A stretch of 63,997 bases of DNA, the filler included, from Hyphochytrium catenoides (taxonomy: Eukaryota > Protista > Hyphochytriomycota): NCBI GenBank assembly GCA_900088475.1. It is 6 parts of 6 records of this genome, joined end to end, with 100 filler letters (N's around TTAATTAATTAA, not from the genome) between each part and the next. Parts side by side here need not be neighbours in the genome. Positions count along the whole stretch, not along the records: positions 24,492 to 55,101 come from FLMG01002568.1; positions 55,202 to 57,088 come from FLMG01002604.1; positions 57,189 to 61,157 come from FLMG01001003.1; positions 61,258 to 62,886 come from FLMG01003648.1; positions 62,987 to 63,997 come from FLMG01002445.1; 1 more part is not named here. One strand, 5' to 3'. A program made the position numbers and the translations under genes. A model generated the notes under the pieces. The model was given only the letters and a program-made list of their open reading frames with translations. It searched no databases and was not told the origin of the DNA. Shown piece by piece: positions 51,259-63,289 of this stretch; positions within the stretch are counted from its first letter, which is position 1, and each line of letters starts with the position of its first letter.

Positions 51259-53614
51259 TCCTCTTCTTATCTCCTCTCTCTCTGTATCGCTCTCACCTGT
51301 CTCTCTCCCTCTGTCTCTATACCCTGTCCCTCTCTTCTTGTTGCTCTCACCTTGTGTCTCACTCTTTTCTTTTTCTCTCTCTCTTCCCACTTCTCGCACT
51401 CTGAATACGGTTGAATATGTCTCTCTCATTTCCTTAGCGTATTGATCTCCCTCACATTGGCTAACGAGCTACATTCTTCAAACACTGCCTCCTCCACAGC
51501 ACCAGCCACTGACATAAATGCAGCAGCAACTCTCCGAGCAGCCGCCGCTACCGCTGCTAGGTCGAGCTTGAGCACACCCAGTCCACCCTCACAGACAGGT
51601 GACGGCTTGGCACTCCTTGCTTTAGTCCTTGCTTTAGTTCTTGCTTTAATGAGTCTGCAGGCGATCTTCCCATCGATAGCGGTCCTGGATCCCTTACTCT
51701 CTATCCTTCTATTCGTTCTCACGTCTCTCCTTCACTTGACAGCATGCAAGACCCGATCTTTGACGTGTTCATCCTTCTCTTCTCTTCTCTAACATAAACT
51801 GTGCCTGGCAACTTACTCTGGTTTGCGTCCCTCACTCATCTCAACCTACGCTGCCTCGCGTCTAGGTAACGCTTTGACTGGAACTCAGGGGTTAGTTCGA
51901 AAGCGGAGCAGAAGTTCCATGGAAACTGGTGTCCAGGCCAGTCCGATCGTTGCCGGTACAGCAGGTAAGCTGGAGATAGTCGATAGATGGAGAACTCGTC
52001 TTGGCTGCCTTCTCCCTCTCTTAGGAGCGTGACTGGCCCCTTTCTTTGTACGACCCTCCTTTGCGTAGCCCTTCATTGCCATCATCGAGATGCTTTAGCA
52101 TCGGTCTTTGACTATCAGCTAGTGCCTTCGTTGTCCCTGGCCTGCCCCTCATCCGCACTCCCCACTTCCCTTCCTCCCCCGCCCTCCGCGCGGCTCGCGT
52201 TCTTAGGCCCACGAGGCACCCCAGGGACCAATAGAGTAGGAAGCCCGTCGGACGTCCCTTGGTACGAGCTCCGGACTACTGTCCAGGGTATCTCAGCTGA
52301 GGACATGGCCAAGCTTAAGGTACTGACCATCCTCCGACCAGGCGCGCCGCCCATGACCAGTATTCGCTCCTTTGTCTCTTCCTCTCATGTGTTAATTCTT
52401 TGCATTCTTGAATGCGCACTAGCTGTCCTTGCCACTTTCTTTTCTATCCTTGCCTTCATTCGCCCTAAACATATGAGTACTGAAAGGCCAGCCACACTAT
52501 CCTTTTCTCCCACTCGCTCTGGCCCCTCTCCTTCCTTCTATCTTCCCTTCCTGTTTCCTACGTCTCAAATCTGGTTTTCTGAACTAACTTTTCTTTTTCT
52601 GCAGACAGTACACGACGAGCGGACGCGTCTGGCATTTGAAAATGAGATCAAGCGAGTCAACCAGCTGAGCCCTCAACAGCTTCTAGAGATAATAGAGGAA
52701 GCGCTCAGGAAAAGACCTTCCAAGTTCGCAATCGTCCGCATTCTGGTCTTCTACTGGCACCTCACCTTCGCCAAGCTTACAAAGCTGCAGATTGCCTCCT
52801 TCGGTGCCATCACCAGGAAAGTCCTAAGAGCCGTTCAAGGTAAGGACTCAGGGCTTCTTCGCCTCATTATCAGCAGTCAGGGGAATCCAAATGAACCGCT
52901 TCACTGATGGATGGTCCTTCTTCTTACTGGTTGCTGGAAGATTATCTGTGACCTCGTCCTCTTCCATCTTTACGTCTGCTGGGTTCTNNNNNNNNNNNNN
53001 NNNNNNNNNNNNNNNNNNNNNNNNNNNNNNNNCATGCTCAAGAGAGGAAGAATCTGCTGACATCTTACTGCCAGGAGTTGCGGGAACAGCAGGTGACTGA
53101 CATGATTGGGAGGAAAGCCGTAGATTTTCATGAGGTGCCGGAAGGTGTTAGGCGGGGGAGTTTTGGAGTAGGAGTAGGCTCTGGACGTTAGCGAGCTGTC
53201 AGGAGAAACGCTGACAGGGCGGAGGCTCAGGAGCGAAAAGATGTCACGACGAGGGAAGAGCGGGGACTGGTGATGAGATGTTTTGGGACTACTTGGGACT
53301 ACTTGTGAACTTATATATTCTGCGAAACAGTTAGCCTCCTCGGGCTCCTTGATCCCTCGGCCGTCGGAGGACGGAGATGACTTAGGTTTGGCCGCACTTA
53401 GAGGTAAAGACCAACGCTATCGTTGTCTATATGTACCCAGACCTTCTCACATAAGCCTTGTCTGCCGTTGATCTCCTTTGCCCTCTTGTTTCGCTGACAC
53501 ACTTTAGCCTCTAGCTCTAGCGAACTCCAGACCCCAGCTGAAGGAAAGGCCAACGGACTTGAGACTGACGCGTCTCAAAGCTCCCCAGCTGCGAAGAGAA
53601 GGAAGGAGCACTAG
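50063..53614 (+). CDS. Gln/Ala-rich multi-exon putative nuclear protein (internal gap)
   Basis: Q-rich N-terminus, helical exons (TVHDERTRLAFENEIKRVNQLSPQQLLEIIEEALRKRP) and a terminal exon SSPAAKRRKEH* resembling an NLS. Confidence 0.55.
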
Positions 53615-53717
53615 AGCAAGACCTCCTCTTGCAGACCGTGATTTCCTCCATTGTCGTCCTGGCCTTTCTCTCCCCCGATAATCTATCCCCCTGAACCCTG
53701 GACCCTCATCGTCCGCG

Positions 53718-54935
53718 TTAGTGCAGAAGCACGTCGAAGGAGGCGGCCTCTATTATCTCAGTTTTCAGTCTTCCCGTAAGACGCCTGTCAGCCTGGAGCC
53801 TGCTTTCGCAGTTCCAGACTACGGTCTACCTCCTAACTCACCAACGTTTGCAGTCTCCGTTGGGCGAGGAAGGCGCATGGAGATAGTTCAAAGAGGAAGG
53901 ATGACAATGTCCAAAGGAGTCGGAGGAGCGTCAAGGGCCTGGTCAAGTAGGTTATCGTTGAGATATGTGACTGAGGGAAGAGAGAGCTGCGCCGCTCTTC
54001 TCTTCCAGACTTGTAACATAGATGATCGTCCAAAGGAGTCGGAAGAGCGTCGAGAGCTTGTTGTCCGTCAGAAGCCCTAATGGGCACTTTATGCCCCGGC
54101 GTCATTTAGACTATCTCTTCGTGCCTGTGGACGCTGGATCGCAAAGGACGCTGGATCGCAAAGGTGTGACACTGATGGTCAAGCGCAATCCTGTTTGTGA
54201 GGCTAAGAGAGCTATCTACGGAAGGACCTTTGGGCTCTTGGAGGCGAACCAGACTCTCTCTCAGGCTCGACAGAGTCTCCCAACGGAATGCAGGACAAGG
54301 AGACTTCTTTCGGTCCTCCGTCCCACTGGGGACATAGGAGTAGAGGGCCTGCATACCTTGGTCGCCCGTGGAGCTTCTTATATGTCTTAGCGTGGACGTC
54401 TCTCTTACCTCGTGGACAGTAGACGCGCCATTAACTATTGAACTATATTGCCTATATTGGAAGTCCTTTATGGATAGAAATTGTGACGCCTCTTCCTTTT
54501 TACACAGCTATCCTCTTGTGCGAGGCGGTATGTCTATCGCTGGGGCCAGCAGGACCTGGGTGCATAGAGCAACATCCGTATATCGGAGATGTGTCGGTGT
54601 ACCCATACCGCCAAAGATCTACCTACACAGTGGTTAGAGAGCCTTCTGCGAGGCTGTGCTGATTGAAGCGGCCTTTATTAGAAATCGATGCATGTTTGTG
54701 TGCGTTCACATTGGCACCAGGCCCATCGCTACGCTGAGGAGGACCGAGCCACGTTTCAAGGGAATACGGGCGTAGATCGCCTTGCTCCGTCTCTAACCGT
54801 GGGGTCCTGACATATCTAAAGTGAGCCCCGGAATCTGGTCATCCTTGACCCCAATCCAGCCCATCGCCATCGGTACCAGCCCTTGTGATGAGTTCAGTAG
54901 GTCAACCTTCTTTGGTCTCAGCTATCGGTAAAGCT
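53718..54935 (-). CDS. Partial multi-exon hypothetical gene converging on the Q-rich gene
   Basis: Minus-strand exons with clear splice sites: PKKVDLLNSSQGLVPMAMGWIGVKDDQ; IFGGMGTPTHLRYTDVALCTQ|LCKKEEASQFLSIKDFQYRQYSSIVNGASTVHE|; terminal VWNCESRLQADRRLTGRLKTEIIEAASFDVLLH*. Confidence 0.4.
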
Positions 54936-55101
54936 GCATCGAAATAGGAAGACGATAACAGACGTAGAGAAAGTGGAATCAGGCAGAGCGTGGAGTGAAG
55001 AGGGAGGAGAGAGAGAGAAAGAAGAGAGAGAGCGAGAGCAAGAGAGAGAAAGAGAGAGCGAGAGCGAGCGAGAGAGCCAGAGAGAGAGAGAGAGAGAGAG
55101 A

Positions 55102-55201
55102 NNNNNNNNNNNNNNNNNNNNNNNNNNNNNNNNNNNNNNNNNNNNTTAATTAATTAANNNNNNNNNNNNNNNNNNNNNNNNNNNNNNNNNNNNNNNNNNN
55201 N
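55102..55201. other. Artificial contig join with TTAATTAATTAA linker (55146-55157)
   Basis: Same structure as the other joins. Confidence 0.95.
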
Positions 55202-56393
55202 TGGCCAAACTGCAGCCCCACACCAGCCTACAGCTTGAACTTACTCTGACAAACAACCTTAATAGCCGGCTTGGTGGTGGGCTGCTGGACAGACTCAGTA
55301 AAGAAGAGCTCTGAACTGCAGCACGCAGCGAGACTATGAGTGTTGATGACGAAGGATACTCTCTTTCTTGTTCCTTTCTGCTCTCTTCATCATTGCATGT
55401 GTCTCGGACAGCCGCTTGCTTCAATCCTCTCTTGCATGTTACGACTTCCTATCTTAGCATTATCAGATAGACTGACTCTTCCATCGAGGAAGGAGACTCT
55501 CTCCTAACCCTCTATATGTCAGTTCATAAACTTCTATCTGATCTGAAGGTTTACTTGCGCGCGTTCCCGCGAAGTCTTCCTCCTCGTTCGGTGCTTGTCC
55601 GGACGGCGGCCTCGCCAGCCAAGCTGCAGAAAAGCACCTTCTCACTCGTCCTTCCAGACCCGTCCTTGGTCTCTACCATGACAGCCATGTGCTTCTTGAG
55701 CTCGAGGACGTTGCCAGATGGAAGTGGATCCACCTGTTCGGGGTGCAGATGCGATCCACAGATATAAAATAACCTCGCTTCCTCGAGCGATGTCTTGGCA
55801 ACAAGTCAAAGCCGTCGACTTTGATGATGTTATTAAGCGTTCAATCGTATGGGGAACTGGCAAGGATCTTGCAAGGAGTGGAACGTCACCTTCAGAGACT
55901 TCCTTAACAGCTCTTCATGGGCCAGGGCATCCACGGTAGCATCTTCTCCCTTCTTCATGATCATGACCCGTCAGGACAAGCGAGCTGAAGATGTTACATA
56001 GGGTTGTCCTACTTTCTCTCACCTCAATGCAGGCGACAAGCATAGAGACTATCTTACCACCTATGACGAAGGGCAACCAGTCTCAGGTTGCCAGATAAAG
56101 AGGGACATGCATCTTGATCTCAGGCCTTCGACGCCAGAGAACGATGCAAACAAAGGAAGATGGCGATCTACGATTAACCCTAGAAACTCGGGAGGATGTG
56201 CTTCAGCCTTGCCTTGTAAGATGCTACGGAGGATCTTATTAACCTCAGAGCTCGAAAGGCTTGTAGATTTCGCCGGCAACAATAGAAAGAGAAGATTCTC
56301 AAGGCCAGGCACGCAACGAGGAAGGAAGGTCCAAATCAACGCACGCTGTTCGTCTTCTCTTCCTCTTGCTTTGCCATTATTTGGGCCGTCCAA
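55202..56393 (-). CDS. Possible fragment of a spliced hypothetical gene
   Basis: Several minus-strand protein-like ORFs with GT donors; no domain recognised. Confidence 0.3.
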
Positions 56394-57088
56394 TCAACCT
56401 TGCCTCCTCTTCACTTCATCTTTCTGGTACGCTGTTCCTTCCGCCACTTTCTTTCTTGCCGTTGGCCACGGCTGGCACGATGGCAGGGACAAGAGAGAGG
56501 ATTGGCTGCTGGAGAGAGAAAGAGCGAGAGAAAGAGAGAAGAGAGAGAGAGAGAGAGAGAGAAAGANNNNNNNNNNNNNNNNNNNNNNNNNNNNNNNNNN
56601 NNNNNNNNNNNGAGAGAGAGAGAGAGAAAAAGGAGGCTGAGATGGATCCGTTGAATGTTCCCCTCCCCTTCGGGGCAACAAGCAGCGTACTTGTACTACT
56701 GTTTGGAACAACCGTTGGGCTTCAGCTCTAAGCCCTTATAATCCTGCAGGGAAGAGCTAGGATGCGCTGACACAATAGGAAAATAGCAATCCACTTTGTC
56801 TTCTCTTGTCCATTCTTCTTGTCACAGACAGACAGATGCTTTGCTTCCCTTTTCTAATCTCTTGTTTCTCCCAATCTTCTGGGTCCTCCCTTCTTCTATC
56901 TCTCTGTCTCTTTCTTCCTCTGCCTTAGATGTCGCTCTACCTCAACCCCTGTCTGTTCCTTGCTCTCTCGGTCTCTCTTCTCTCTCTCCTCGCGCCCGCC
57001 CTCTTCTGTCTCTCTCTCTGTCACTTCTCTCCCTCTCTCTCTCTTGTTCTCTCTCTCTCTCTCTTGTTCTCTCTCTCTCTCTCTCTCT

Positions 57089-57188
57089 NNNNNNNNNNNN
57101 NNNNNNNNNNNNNNNNNNNNNNNNNNNNNNNNTTAATTAATTAANNNNNNNNNNNNNNNNNNNNNNNNNNNNNNNNNNNNNNNNNNNN
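57089..57188. other. Artificial contig join with TTAATTAATTAA linker (57133-57144)
   Basis: Same structure as the other joins. Confidence 0.95.
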
Positions 57189-57434
57189 AGTGGCCTCCTA
57201 TCGTGTATCTGACCGGGGCCCCCTGTCTGTTGAGACTGTGGGGCCAAAGCTACGAAGATTTTGTGCTGATGAAGAAACTGCCCCATGGGCCGGAATAGTA
57301 TCAGGTAGAGGCTTGCAGGATATGGATCACTAATGAGACGCAGCGGCTAATCTTTGGGAGGATTGGACATCATCGCCAGTCCGACCGTCAGCCTTTCTCC
57401 TTGCTCCAGGCGCTTCAGTGCCTCTCCGTCCTTG

Positions 57435-57476
<42 letters not shown>

Positions 57477-58673
57477 GGAGAGAGGGAGAGAGAGAGAGGG
57501 AGAATGACGGAGAGAGGGAGAGAGAGAGAGGAGAGAAAGAGAAAGAGGAGAGAGAGAAAAAGAGAGAGAGACTCAGAATGAGTACAGTGACAGTAATGGT
57601 AGCACAGGGAACGACGCAGGGAGAGCAGAGAGAAGAGCGACGCAGGGAGGAGGAGAGAGGGAGAAGAGGGAGAGAAGAGCAGGGAGAGAGAGAGAGAGAG
57701 AGAGAAGAGAAGGGACAGTGCGGGGCACTTATTAGGGCTGTGGGAGGAGATTGGAGAAAGAGCCGAAGGCTGGTGATGCGGAAGACAAGACGCACTTGAA
57801 GGGCTGGCAGAGATTGTGCGGAGAGAGGGAGAGAGAGACATTGCGATGATCAAGGTAGAAGCAGCTTGCAGTCAGAAGAGAGACAGAAGGTACAAATAAA
57901 ACAACAGGAAGAGCGCGTCATAACAAAAAAGAGACAGGAGGGGGAACGAAGAGAGAGAGAGAGAGAGAGAGAGAAGAAGAAGAACAGAGGGTGTGTCTGA
58001 CGATCGCGGTGCGTGAAACGCTACGAAGGAGGAAAAGAGGAAAGAGACAGAAAGAGACAGATCTTTCCGTCAGACTAAGATGAAAGTGAAGGAAACAAAG
58101 CGTTGATGAAAACTTACAAAGAGGGACTCTTTCATCATAAAATAATAGCTCCCTGGCTACTCTACCTCTCTCTCTCTCTCTTGTCAGAACAGTCTCTAAC
58201 GTTGTCAAAGGAACGTGGGCAGACTTAGAGAGACGGAAAGAGGCTGACAGAGAGAGAGAGAGAGAAAGAGAAGAAGAAAGTGTGTCATGAGGACTATGAC
58301 GGCAACAAACGATAATAGGATGCATTTAAATCCTACGCCATGCCGCGAAACAACGGAGACAAGCGAGAAGGATGTAAGGGAAGAAGAGAGCCTTGAAGAG
58401 AGAGAGAGAGGCTTAGGAGAGAAGCACCACCAGATGATCCTTAACTGAAAAACTGACAACTGAGAAGAGACGAGAGAGGAAGAGACACCACGAAAGTTCA
58501 TAGTAGGAAGGTAGTATACAATGAACGAAAGGTTATTCATCCATACATTGCTCTGTCCTTCTCTCCCTTCTTGCGCTCCTTCTGTCTCACTCTCTCTCTC
58601 CCTGTCTCTCTCTCTCTCTCTCTCTCCCCCTCTCTCTCTCTCTCTGTCTCCTCGCACATATTTATACACTCTC

Positions 58674-60463
58674 TCACTCTGTCAGCCCCACCTTCAATCC
58701 TTCCTTGGACATGGACGCCCACGACATCATCTTCGTGTTAAAAGCATGGCCCACTTTTCCCTCTCTGTCTATCAAAATCACGCCTCCTTTCCCTCCGGTC
58801 CTCCTCTCCATCCAGAGCACAGCTCTCTTCCCTGCCTCTGAAGGAAGAGACACTCCTCTCTCTTCTCTTTCTCTCTCTCTTCTTCTCTCCTCCGTGCCAG
58901 CCTCTTCTTCTTGTCTCTCTCTCTCCAGCTCCATCACGCTTCTCATAGCCATCATACTTCTGATCAGCGCCTCTCCCTCGCCCGTCGTCGAGGCAGCACC
59001 GAGAGAATTGTCAGCGTAGAGTCCACAGCCGACCAAAGGACTGTCTCCCACTCTTCCTGGCATCTTCCCTGCCATTCCTCCTGTCGAGGTCGCGGCGGCT
59101 AAGTTTCCCTTCAAATCTATGGCAACCGCTCCCACCGTGTCCTGCGTCTCAGGAGGAATGCTCTCTCGTTCTTCTCTCTCTCTCTCTCTCCCGGGTGGCG
59201 GAGTCTCTTCCTCTTTTCTCTCTTCTTGAGAGTCATGCATGCTGCTCTCGTTGCTCTCTTCTCTCCTTCCTCCGTCGTGGCCATTCTCTTCTCCTCTCGG
59301 GTCCGTCTTGCCGACTTCTTTCTTCTTAGATCCTGTGGTGGAGCTCGTCTCTTCGTTGACTTCCTGTTCCTCTTTCGTTGTCTCTCTCTCTTCTCTTAGT
59401 ACACCACTCTCCAGGGTCTCTTCCTCGCTCTTCTCGCAGCCACAGGAAGCAGCGAATCGCTGAAAAGAGAGAGAGAAAAGAGAGAGATAGGCGAGAGAGA
59501 GAGAGAGAGAGAGGAAGAAGAAGTGACAAAGAATTGGAGGACGGAGGCGTTGGTTCAATCATAGCTCCAGATAAATAAAACTGCATATGTTTGGAAGACA
59601 CAGAGAAAGAGAGAGAGACAGAGAGACGAAGAGAGGACAGAAAGAAATGAATGACTGCATGATGGCAGAGAAAGAGAAAGACAGCGAATGGACATGAGCA
59701 GAGGCACAATGGATGACAAATAGAGAGGTTGTTGGAGAAAAAAAAGAGAGAGGAAAACGAGAGAGAAGGGCGGAGAGAGAGAAAAAGAAAGGAATATGGA
59801 TATGTGCACAAGAGAGAGAGAGAGAGTCCTACCTCGGCCCCTCTCCCTACCAAGAGACAGTGAGTAGTCTTCTCCATCACCATCCGCGCCACCGTGATTG
59901 GGTTTTTAAACCCTAGGAGAAGAGAGAGAGAGAGAGAGAAAAAGAGCGTATGAGAGAGAAAGGAAGTGAAATTGTAGCAACCGGACAGGCGAGAGATAAG
60001 TGGACAGGAAGAGAGGAAGAGCCAACGAGAGAACGAACTTTATGATGGGCAAAACAGATAGAGAAAGTGAAGAGAGAGAGAAACAGAGACTGAGAGAGGA
60101 GAGAGGACCACACTGGAGAGAGAGAGGGAGGAGAGAGAAAGAGAGAGAGAGAGACATCACTACCAACCTGTCAAACATCCCACTCCGCCTGCGGCCAGGT
60201 TACCTCCGTCCATAATGGCAGCGTCAGTCTCCACCCGACCCTCGCTAGTTTTGGCGCCTAAAGAGATCGAGAAATTGAGAGGAGAAGAGGGAGAGAAAGA
60301 GACAGAGAGAGGGAGAGAAAAGAGCCTCAGGAAGACACGTAGGCAGCGAGCATAACAAGGAAAGACACTAAAGCACTGAAAAGGAGAAAACAAGCAGACA
60401 TAAAGGCTAGTCAGAGACAAATCTAGCTCCAGAGAGAGCAGAGGAAGAAAGAAAGAGAGAGAG

Positions 60464-60499
<36 letters not shown>

Positions 60500-60775
60500 C
60501 TACTCACTTCCAGTGCCAGCATTGAACGCAGGATCATCTTCCATCACTCTGACGGCTCTCTCCACAACCTCCACAGCGGTTCCCCCGCCTTCCAGCACTT
60601 CATAGCCCGCCCGGGCCGCAGCCTCAACGCCTGAGAGATAAACAGAGGCAGGACGGCGGAGGATCCCGCGGGTGAAGGCGCCGCCGTGTACGATGATGGC
60701 CGGGAGAGAGGGAGAGAGAGGAGAGAGGGAGAGAGAAGAGAGAGACAGCGCAGATGGATCTTCGGTTTGGGTCAT
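58674..60775 (-). CDS. ASRGL1: Isoaspartyl peptidase/L-asparaginase (type 2, Ntn-hydrolase), 4 exons
   Basis: Exons 60775-60508, 60257-60168, 59912-59833 and 59459-58674. IIVHGGA, MEDDPAFNAGTG, ETDAAIMDG, KNPITVAR, catalytic D-TVGAVA and ATSTGGMAGKMPGRVGDSP. Confidence 0.93.
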
Positions 60776-61157
60776 GCTTTGGGATGAGAGAGAGAGAGAG
60801 AGAAAGAGAGATGTAGAGAGAGAGCCTGACAAAGAGAGGGACTTGAAGGTTGTTTATCACTGCAGGCGCTTCTGGAAGAAGAGGTAACTAGGGAAGTGAA
60901 TCTTGAGGGGCTGTCTATGCAAGCAGAGAGCAGAGAGAGACGGGGAGAAAGAGAGAGAAAGAGAAGGAATAGCGAGTGAAGAGAGGCTGCCAACCTAAGG
61001 AATGTTTGAGAAGTATCGGGTGCAACTTTTTCTCTGAGATTCCAGATGAAGCGATGGAGGAGAGGAGGATACTCGCACTCACGGCGAGAGACAGAGAGAG
61101 AGGGGAAAGGAGAGAAAGGGAGAGAGAAAGTGAAAGAGAGAGAGAGAGAGAGAGAGA

Positions 61158-61257
61158 NNNNNNNNNNNNNNNNNNNNNNNNNNNNNNNNNNNNNNNNNNN
61201 NTTAATTAATTAANNNNNNNNNNNNNNNNNNNNNNNNNNNNNNNNNNNNNNNNNNNN
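61158..61257. other. Artificial contig join with TTAATTAATTAA linker (61202-61213)
   Basis: Same structure as the other joins. Confidence 0.95.
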
Positions 61258-61300
61258 ACCCTAACCCTAACCCTAACCCTAACCCTAACCCTAACCCTAA
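61258..61300. repeat. Telomeric (CCCTAA)7 array at a contig start
   Basis: Seven perfect CCCTAA units in the orientation expected for a left chromosome end. Confidence 0.85.
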
Positions 61301-62713
61301 ACTGCGACTCTTGTCGTCCGCCTGCTTGTTCGTCCAATCTCGCATTTTATCCGGTTTTCAACCATAGTCTAATCCGATTTTCCGCGTCCCTATACCTACT
61401 TACTCCGCTTGGCGTCTTCTCGTCCTTCCTTGCCATTTCCTTTACGTCTTTTTCCCCTTCTACTTCTCTTCTATCCACTTCTCCTTTGTCCTCTTGTCTG
61501 TTTTCTGTCGCTGGTCTGTAGTCCCTACCTCTTCCTTCCATCGCTCCCATCTGCGCTATTCACGCTACCTCTTTCCTCACAGCTCTCCCTTTCTCGCTTT
61601 TGCCTTTGCCACCTTCTTTTATATGATCAACTCTCCATCCTCTTCCTGCTCCGGTCCTTAGCGTCTTCTTGTACCTGTCGCCTTCCGTGTCATTCACCTC
61701 TTTCCTCTGCTAATGCTCCTCTAACTGTTTCTCCCTTGTTCTTTTTTCTTCACTTTATTCGATCTTTTTCTCACTTTACTTTTTCCTTACTCCTGGCCTT
61801 ACCGTTTCGTAGCCATCTTTTACTTTTCGGTATAATATCGCCTGTATCTTCTGCTACGGCTCTCCTATCACTTCTCCGTTCTTATGTTTCGTTCTTCTCT
61901 TGGTGTTACTCCTCTGAATATCCTACCTCTTGTTTCCATCGCTTCCGCCGTCTGCTCTGTCTCTTACCTCGAGATTTCCCAAACACCTACCGTGAAGCCC
62001 TTGTCCCTAAGCAGCATTGTCATTATCAATATCTTGATCGTGTTCTTCGTCGCAACCCTTTCTTTTCCTCATGTTCCCACCTACGTGCCTCGGGTCGCGG
62101 TACGTAGCTTTTCAATCTGTTTTTCACCGCACGTCCCTCTTTCCGGCAATCTGTCTGACTTGGCTAACTTCGGCAATCTCTTTTGTGTACGTTCTCTCAA
62201 GAACTGGGTCGTCCCTTCTTCTGTTCCACTGGTTCTGTCGTCCCGACGCTTCCGCTTCCGTATTATTCGCTTTTTCTTCCTCACTATCTTTGTAATCTAC
62301 TTCTTCTTCTTATCGTTGGCCGACGGCTGAGCCCGCGCTTTACCTCTTGTAGTAAGCGCTGCGACCGAGTAGAGAGAACAAGGCGCTAGCGGTGAAGGTG
62401 GCCTCCATCTAACGTGTCGAAGAGAACTGGTAGCCCTGAGTCCCATGGGCCACCGAGTGCCTAATTAGCTCTTACGACGGAGATGCGGCTCATCATCTCT
62501 TATTCTATCCCGTCACTCGTCTTCGGCTGCTTCCTTCATTCTCTTCTTTCATCGATGAAGCTATAGTCCCTATTGCTCTCCCTCTCCCGGCTTGAAATTG
62601 TAATCCCCTGCTAATATAGTTACTTCGTCCATAAAAAGTTCGGTTGACAATAAAGACTTAGAACCACCTTAGAAGTCTTTCTTTGCGGAAGGTTTCGTTT
62701 TCAAAGAGGTCTG

Positions 62714-62817
62714 GCTAGCCGAAGCGAAGACTTTGCTGAATCAGCTCACAATCTTCTCTTTTTATCCAAAGCCTGCTAGCCGAGGCGAAGACTTTGCTAA
62801 ACCAGCTCACAATCTTC
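62714..62817. repeat. Tandem repeat of about 61-bp period (GCTAGCCGA.GCGAAGACTTTGCT.AA.CAGCTCACAATCTTC)
   Basis: Two near-identical copies. Confidence 0.85.
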
Positions 62818-62886
62818 CTCTATATATTTAGGAATAAAAAGAAACAGGATACTAGGAAGGGAGCTGGTAATGAGTCGGTACTATGT

Positions 62887-62986
62887 NNNNNNNNNNNNNN
62901 NNNNNNNNNNNNNNNNNNNNNNNNNNNNNNTTAATTAATTAANNNNNNNNNNNNNNNNNNNNNNNNNNNNNNNNNNNNNNNNNNNN
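62887..62986. other. Artificial contig join with TTAATTAATTAA linker (62931-62942)
   Basis: Same structure as the other joins. Confidence 0.95.
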
Positions 62987-63057
62987 GATTTCTCTCTCCC
63001 TCTCTCGTTGTCCACCGGTCTTTCCTTGTTTCCTTGTCTCACTCTGTCATTTTCTAG

Positions 63058-63229
63058 TACTTTCCATGCAGTCATTGCTCTACGCGATCGGCCTCGGTGC
63101 CGGGGCTATTCCTATGGCAGCGGCGCTAAACTGGGTCATCAAGGACGGTATCGGACAGTTTGGAGGGGTCATCTTCGCAAGGTGAGAGGACTTCTGCCCG
63201 CGCAAGGGAGAAGGAGAAGGAGAGGGAGA

Positions 63230-63289
<60 letters not shown>

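Noticed and set aside
53721-54390. Plus-strand ORFs as a MED15-like C-terminus of the Q-rich gene
   Set aside because: The Q-rich gene has a clean terminal exon ending at 53614, and splice signals here favour the minus strand.
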